DNA of 62,822 nucleotides, the filler included. It is 6 parts of 6 records of this genome, joined end to end, with 100 filler letters (N's around TTAATTAATTAA, not from the genome) between each part and the next. Parts side by side here need not be neighbours in the genome. Positions count along the whole stretch, not along the records: positions 38,835 to 59,980 come from SRR20825015_388; positions 60,081 to 62,822 come from SRR20825015_389; 4 more parts are not named here. One strand, written 5' to 3'. Of the stretch, positions 57,306-62,822 are shown one piece after another. Every line of letters starts with the position of its first letter. The stretch's first letter is position 1. Under the pieces are notes generated by a model that was given only the letters and a program-made list of their open reading frames with translations, was not told the origin of the DNA and made no database searches. A program made the translations under genes and the position numbers.

Positions 57306-59918
57306 ATGACATCCCAAGAAGTTAGAAACCAGTTTTTAAACTTTTTCAAAGAAAAGAACCACAAGATTGTGCCATCTGCACCCATGGTAATGAAGGACGA
57401 CCCTACCCTGATGTTCACCAATGCCGGTATGAACCAGTTCAAGGAGTACTTTTTGGGGAATTCCGTTCCTAAGAGCAAACGATTGACAGATACCCAAAAG
57501 TGTTTGAGGGTAAGTGGGAAACACAATGATCTCGAAGAGGTCGGGAAAGATACCTATCACCATACCATGTTCGAGATGTTGGGGAACTGGAGCATCGGGG
57601 ATTACTTTAAAAAGGAAGCCATTGCGTGGGCATGGGAATTGCTTACCGAGGTATATAAAATTGATAAGGACAGTCTTTACGTTTCCGTTTTTGAAGGAAG
57701 TGAGGATGATAATCTCCCGCTCGATCAAGAAGCCTATAATCTGTGGAAGGCCATTGTGCCCGAGAACAGAATCATCAAAGGCAATAAAAAGGACAACTTT
57801 TGGGAGATGGGCGATCAAGGTCCCTGCGGACCCTGTTCGGAAATCCATGTGGATATTCGTTCCAAAGAGGAGAAGGCCAAAGTCGATGGCGCTTCCTTGG
57901 TAAACCAAGATCATCCGCAAGTGGTGGAAATCTGGAACTTGGTGTTTATGCAGTTCAACCGTAAGGCTAACGGCAGTTTGGAGCCACTTCCCGAAAAACA
58001 TATAGATACCGGAATGGGCTTCGAGCGCTTGTGTATGGTGCTTCAAAACAAACAGTCCAATTACGATACAGACGTTTTTACCCCGTTGATTCGCGAGGTG
58101 GAAACCATTACTGGAAAAAAGTACGGGAAAGACGAAGAAACCGATATTGCTATCCGTGTTATTTCCGATCACGTGCGAGCGGTTGCCTTTTCCATTGCTG
58201 ATGGGCAATTGCCCAGTAATACGGGGGCAGGATATGTAATCCGAAGAATTCTGCGCCGTGCCATTCGCTACGGATTTACTTTTCTGGACACTAACAAACC
58301 ATTTATTTACAGACTGGTAAAGGTGTTGAGCGAACAGATGGGCAAGGCTTTTCCTGAGTTGAAAGAACAACACCAGTTGATAGAAAACGTCATCAAAGAA
58401 GAGGAAAGCTCTTTCTTGAGCACCTTGGAGCAAGGTTTGGTACTGTTGGATTCCGTGATCAAGTCTTCCAAAGACAAAACCATTGCGGGCGACAAGGCCT
58501 TTGAACTCTACGATACTTTCGGTTTTCCGATAGACTTGACCTCCTTGATTGTGGAAGAGAAGGGGTATCAATTGGATACCGAAGGATTCGAAAAAGCATT
58601 GAAGGCCCAAAAAGACCGTTCACGAGCAGCATCCGAAGTGTCCAAGGATGATTGGAACATTTTAATGGCCGATACCGAACAGGAGTTTATTGGTTACGAT
58701 AGTTTGGAAGCGCAGGTAAAGCTGGTAAAATATCGAAAGGTGACCAGCAAAAAAGAAGGAGACCAATACCAACTGGTTTTCAATCTGACTCCATTTTACG
58801 CCGAAGGCGGTGGACAGGTAGGGGATAAGGGCTATTTGGAAGCATCTAACGGTGATGTTACCTATATTGTGGACACCAAACGAGAGAACAACGAGATTGT
58901 TCACTTCGCGAAATCCTTGCCCAAAGAGGTTTCGGGAACTTTTAAAGCGGTGGTCGACGAAAAACAGCGTTGGAGAACGGAGTGCAACCATACGGCCACG
59001 CACTTGTTGCATCAGGCACTGCGTGAGGTTTTGGGCACCCACGTGGAACAGAAAGGTTCTGCGGTACATTCCAAATATTTGCGTTTTGATTTTTCCCACT
59101 TTTCAAGATTGACGACCGAGCAACTTCGGGAAGTTGAAAACTTTGTCAACGCCCGTATTGATGGACACCTTCCCTTGGAAGAAAGTCGCAATGTGCCTAT
59201 GCAAGAAGCCATGGGGCAAGGAGCTATGGCCCTCTTTGGAGAAAAATATGGCGATACCGTGAGAACCGTTCGTTTTGGGCAATCCATTGAACTTTGTGGG
59301 GGTACCCACGTGAAGAACACGGCCGACATCTGGCACTTTAAAATTGTTTCCGAAGGAGCGGTTGCTGCCGGAATTCGAAGGATAGAGGCCATTACTTCCG
59401 ATGCCGTTAAGGAATTTTACTTTAACAATAACCGTATGCTCTTCGAGATCAAGGATATGTTGAAAAACTCCCAAGACCCGGTAAAATCGGTGGCCAGTTT
59501 GCAAGAAGAGAACCTTGCCCTTAAAAAGCAGGTGGAGCAATTATTGAAGGATAAGGCGAAGGGACTCAAAAATGAGTTGATTGCGGAATTGGAAGATATA
59601 AACGGAATGAGGTTTTTGGCTCAAAAAGTGGATTTGGATGCGGGCGGCATAAAGGATTTGGCATTTGAAATGGGCGGGCAGGTAGATAACTTGTTCCTGT
59701 TGCTGGCTTCGGAAAAAGATGGGAAAGCTGTATTGTCCTGCTACATTTCCAAGGATTTGGTTGCCGAAAAAGACCTGAATGCTGGAACCATTGTCCGTGA
59801 ACTGGGCAAATACATTCAAGGCGGTGGAGGCGGACAACCGTTCTTTGCCACTGCAGGAGGTAAAAATCCTGCTGGGATTCCCGAAGCCTTAGAGAAAGTA
59901 AAGGATTATCTAAAATGA
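57306..59918 (+). CDS. alaS: Alanine--tRNA ligase
   Basis: [38 protein letters not shown] motifs. Confidence 0.97.
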   Translation: MTSQEVRNQFLNFFKEKNHKIVPSAPMVMKDDPTLMFTNAGMNQFKEYFLGNSVPKSKRLTDTQKCLRVSGKHNDLEEVGKDTYHHTMFEMLGNWSIGDYFKKEAIAWAWELLTEVYKIDKDSLYVSVFEGSEDDNLPLDQEAYNLWKAIVPENRIIKGNKKDNFWEMGDQGPCGPCSEIHVDIRSKEEKAKVDGASLVNQDHPQVVEIWNLVFMQFNRKANGSLEPLPEKHIDTGMGFERLCMVLQNKQSNYDTDVFTPLIREVETITGKKYGKDEETDIAIRVISDHVRAVAFSIADGQLPSNTGAGYVIRRILRRAIRYGFTFLDTNKPFIYRLVKVLSEQMGKAFPELKEQHQLIENVIKEEESSFLSTLEQGLVLLDSVIKSSKDKTIAGDKAFELYDTFGFPIDLTSLIVEEKGYQLDTEGFEKALKAQKDRSRAASEVSKDDWNILMADTEQEFIGYDSLEAQVKLVKYRKVTSKKEGDQYQLVFNLTPFYAEGGGQVGDKGYLEASNGDVTYIVDTKRENNEIVHFAKSLPKEVSGTFKAVVDEKQRWRTECNHTATHLLHQALREVLGTHVEQKGSAVHSKYLRFDFSHFSRLTTEQLREVENFVNARIDGHLPLEESRNVPMQEAMGQGAMALFGEKYGDTVRTVRFGQSIELCGGTHVKNTADIWHFKIVSEGAVAAGIRRIEAITSDAVKEFYFNNNRMLFEIKDMLKNSQDPVKSVASLQEENLALKKQVEQLLKDKAKGLKNELIAELEDINGMRFLAQKVDLDAGGIKDLAFEMGGQVDNLFLLLASEKDGKAVLSCYISKDLVAEKDLNAGTIVRELGKYIQGGGGGQPFFATAGGKNPAGIPEALEKVKDYLK

Positions 59919-59937
59919 TTTTCTTAGATTAACATTT

Positions 59938-59965
59938 GTCACATCGAGCGCAGTCGAGATGTGAT
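59938..59965. repeat. Flavobacterial REP-like palindrome
   Basis: GTCACATCGAGCGCAGTCGAGATGTGAT imperfect hairpin after alaS at the contig break. Confidence 0.55.
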
Positions 59966-59980
59966 GCTATGTCGTTCTCG

Positions 59981-60080
59981 NNNNNNNNNNNNNNNNNNNN
60001 NNNNNNNNNNNNNNNNNNNNNNNNTTAATTAATTAANNNNNNNNNNNNNNNNNNNNNNNNNNNNNNNNNNNNNNNNNNNN
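59981..60080. other. Artificial contig spacer
   Basis: N run with TTAATTAATTAA. Confidence 0.97.
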
Positions 60081-60105
60081 GATGTTTGTGTATTTGTAGC
60101 TCAAT
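60081..60105 (+). repeat. 25-bp direct terminal repeat (left copy)
   Basis: GATGTTTGTGTATTTGTAGCTCAAT, identical at 62798-62822. Confidence 0.9.
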
Positions 60106-60215
60106 TCTGATTTTCACCTAGAATATCAGTGTTCCAAGTTTTCCTACCTTACTTCTTCCAACCAACTGACAATACTCTACGTTAATGTGATGAACCTTAA
60201 TCAGTATTGAGCACT

Positions 60216-62720
60216 ATGAACGAAATTGAAAAATGGAAAGTCTTTTTAAAGACATTCACATTCCTGCTTATAGGTATAGTCACTTATGGGCAACAGATTC
60301 CTATTCAGAATTACTCCACAAATGTTAATGGACAAGTGCGATTGGAGGTTAATTCGAGCGATGACAAATACTATATTCTTCGTGTTAAACATCATCCAGA
60401 TTCGACATTTATTGGAGCGACTTCAATGACTTTGGGGAAAGCAGGAACAACCATTTTAACAGAATCTTTAGAGGCATATCCGATTGATCAATATGAAGTG
60501 TTGGAATACTCGATTAATGCTCCGTTTGACACAGATGGTGATGGTCTAGACGACATTTCAGAGTACAATAACATGCCTTTACAAAATCCCTTGAATGCCG
60601 CAGAGTCCATTGACCTAACAAACGGTTTGGTGGCATTGAATATGGTTTCAGCATTTAATGAGATTTCCATTTCTCAAAATAATACACCTTGGGTACCTTA
60701 TTTGGATGGTAAGGAATTTGTGAAATTTATCATTTTCCAGTTTGATTCAGCGCAACCGCAACTTTATTTTATAAATAGTAATACGCACAATCTTCATGTG
60801 GATTTCACGACTGCTTTAGGTTTGAATATTGTTTCACCGTCCGTAAAAAAGGGACACCTGATTTATCATCCAACGGTTCTTTCAAGCAATGGAACGTTGG
60901 GAACATACACATTTAATTACAGTAATAGCGAGAGCCAAGATTTTGAAACAGTGCAACGGACACAAGAGCTGATTTCAGTTAGCATGCCCTTTTTAACAAA
61001 TAATCTTGCGTATTTCATCACTGAAAACAACGAGTCAGATTACCAGGATGAAATTGACCTTTATCAGAATTCGCGCGTTCCAGTTTTGTTCGAGTCAAAT
61101 GTTTATGCAGGGATTAATTATTGGGGATTGCATCAGGCAGAGGGATATGGCTTTTTTCGGTTGATGGAACTTGGGGAGACGCCAAGCCCAAAAGACATTG
61201 TTCTATATGAATCATTGCCAAATATCCTTCCTCGCGTAGGTGGAATTATTACCTCTGTTATCCAAACACCACTTTCTCACGTAAATCTGAGGGCTATTGG
61301 TGACAATGTTCCTAATGCTTTTATTCGTGATCCTTTGGAGATTGATACCATTGCTGATTTGTTAAATAATTATATCTATTTCAAAGTAAATCAAAGTGAT
61401 TATGAAATAAGAGAAGCAACGCTGGACGAGGTAAATCAATGGTATGAAAAAACGCGACCAACATCGCCGCAAATACCTCCACTGAACTTAGATTATGTTT
61501 CCATCTTTCCGTTGGACAATATCACCTTTGATATGTACGATGGCTTTGGAGCAAAATCGGCGAATATTGCGACAATGAGAACTTTTGATTTTCCAGAAGG
61601 GACAGTTCCCAACGGTTTTGGTATTCCGTTCTATTATTATCAGGAGTTCATGAAGTTTAATCATTTTTTTGAAGAGATAGAAGAGCTTTTGAAGAATCCA
61701 GATTTTATTTCTGACAGAGATGTTCGTGAGATTAAATTAGAAGAACTTAGGTTTAGAATTGAAATGGCCAGTATACCTGCATGGATGTATGAGGATCTTC
61801 AGAAAATGCAAGAATCTTTCCCGAACGGAACTCCCATCCGCTGTCGATCGAGTACGAATAACGAAGATTTACCTGGATTCAGTGGGGCTGGTTTATACGA
61901 TTCTAAAACACAACACCCAGACGAAGGACACATTGCAAAATCAATAAAGCAGGTGTATGCCAGTTTGTGGAATTTGCGTGCATTTGAAGAAAGAGAATTC
62001 TACCGCATAAATCATTTTTACACATCGATGGGTGTTTTGTGTCATCCAAACTACTCAAACGAAAAAGTCAATGGTGTAGGTGTAAGCGCTGACCCGATTT
62101 ACAATACTCATGATGCGTTTTATGTGAATTCACAAGTAGGAGAAGAATTGATCACCAATCCTGGCGAAAGTGTTTATCCAGAAGAGTTACTGATCAAACG
62201 TGATCCAAGTGGTGAGTTAAATTATTCTGTGATACAATATTCGAGCCTCGTAACTGGAGATTCTTTATTGATGACGGATCAACAATTGGATCTATTGCGT
62301 ACGTATCTGAGAGTAATTCATGATAAATTTGCGGCTTTGTATCATGCTGGAAACAACACAACTTTCGCGATGGATATTGAATATAAAATCGATGCGAATG
62401 ATCAACTAGTAATAAAGCAAGCACGGCCTTGGGTTTCTTATGTAGGAGAGTCGATGAATAAAGAAGTTTCTGAAAACTGTAGCTTTTTCCTGTTTCCTAA
62501 TCCAGGCAGGGATTACATAAATGTTAAATGCGATGATTGCGGTATAACAAGCTTACGAGTTATTGATATGAGTGGGAGAGTGATGCTGGAAAAAATAATG
62601 AATCCAAATGGGACCGCAAATACACATGTTTTAATTGATCATCTTCCAGATGGGGTGTACTTCATCGGTGGATATTTTGGTAATTCGATGTGTAACTCAG
62701 TTCAGTTTATTAAACGATAA
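60216..62720 (+). CDS. T9SS-secreted PPDK/PEP-synthase-family dikinase-like protein
   Basis: Signal peptide, DTDGDGLDD, TPLSHVNLRA, GAKSAN, RSSTNNEDLPGFSGAGLYDS, MDIEYK, KQARP. C-terminal FPNP...GVYFI sorting domain. Confidence 0.85.
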   Translation: MNEIEKWKVFLKTFTFLLIGIVTYGQQIPIQNYSTNVNGQVRLEVNSSDDKYYILRVKHHPDSTFIGATSMTLGKAGTTILTESLEAYPIDQYEVLEYSINAPFDTDGDGLDDISEYNNMPLQNPLNAAESIDLTNGLVALNMVSAFNEISISQNNTPWVPYLDGKEFVKFIIFQFDSAQPQLYFINSNTHNLHVDFTTALGLNIVSPSVKKGHLIYHPTVLSSNGTLGTYTFNYSNSESQDFETVQRTQELISVSMPFLTNNLAYFITENNESDYQDEIDLYQNSRVPVLFESNVYAGINYWGLHQAEGYGFFRLMELGETPSPKDIVLYESLPNILPRVGGIITSVIQTPLSHVNLRAIGDNVPNAFIRDPLEIDTIADLLNNYIYFKVNQSDYEIREATLDEVNQWYEKTRPTSPQIPPLNLDYVSIFPLDNITFDMYDGFGAKSANIATMRTFDFPEGTVPNGFGIPFYYYQEFMKFNHFFEEIEELLKNPDFISDRDVREIKLEELRFRIEMASIPAWMYEDLQKMQESFPNGTPIRCRSSTNNEDLPGFSGAGLYDSKTQHPDEGHIAKSIKQVYASLWNLRAFEEREFYRINHFYTSMGVLCHPNYSNEKVNGVGVSADPIYNTHDAFYVNSQVGEELITNPGESVYPEELLIKRDPSGELNYSVIQYSSLVTGDSLLMTDQQLDLLRTYLRVIHDKFAALYHAGNNTTFAMDIEYKIDANDQLVIKQARPWVSYVGESMNKEVSENCSFFLFPNPGRDYINVKCDDCGITSLRVIDMSGRVMLEKIMNPNGTANTHVLIDHLPDGVYFIGGYFGNSMCNSVQFIKR

Positions 62721-62797
62721 TTCACAATGATTTTTTGTAATCCGTTGAAGTAAATCAAACTCACTTTTCCTCTTTAAGAGACGTTGAACAAATGGAT

Positions 62798-62822
62798 GAT
62801 GTTTGTGTATTTGTAGCTCAAT
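62798..62822 (+). repeat. 25-bp direct terminal repeat (right copy)
   Basis: Identical to 60081-60105. Confidence 0.9.

Noticed and set aside
57336-58610. 424-aa antisense ORF to alaS (also 29670-30701 antisense to valS)
   Set aside because: Shadow frames of conserved genes with no motifs.

Overview
This window is a concatenation of six unrelated contigs joined by 100-nt N/TTAATTAATTAA spacers. Taxonomic guesses come from gene content and sequence style only. (1) 1-24665 is the right half of an alphaproteobacterial Mu-like transposable prophage. It has Mu-type head genes, an RcGTA-type siphovirus tail module and a -1 frameshifted tail chaperone. It carries two accessory hotspots: KAP NTPase plus a SIR2-like protein and a membrane/secreted pair between gpF and the protease, and HEPN plus SRAP plus a LexA box near the right end. 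A candidate right end (tandem 18-bp sites ending in CA) lies next to tRNA-Val. The most striking locus sits at the Mu com-mom position: a structured leader, a Com zinc finger, and a C5 cytosine methyltransferase that looks split into two subunits encoded in fully overlapping frames, both with possible starts in an interleaved GTGTG. (2) 24766-29401 is Verrucomicrobia/Opitutales-like (prmB, fdhD, HAD). (3) 29502-34958 is Rhizobiales/Devosia-like (valS, popZ, tolC, pcm, tRNA-Cys). (4) 35059-38734 is Rhodospirillales-like (motAB, MBL hydrolase, DUF62, SPOR). (5) 38835-59980 is Flavobacteriaceae housekeeping (era, der, pbpC, alpha-2-macroglobulin, lemA, alaS). (6) 60081-62822 holds one Bacteroidota gene for a T9SS-secreted protein with glucan-water-dikinase-like domain order, bounded by a 25-bp direct repeat.
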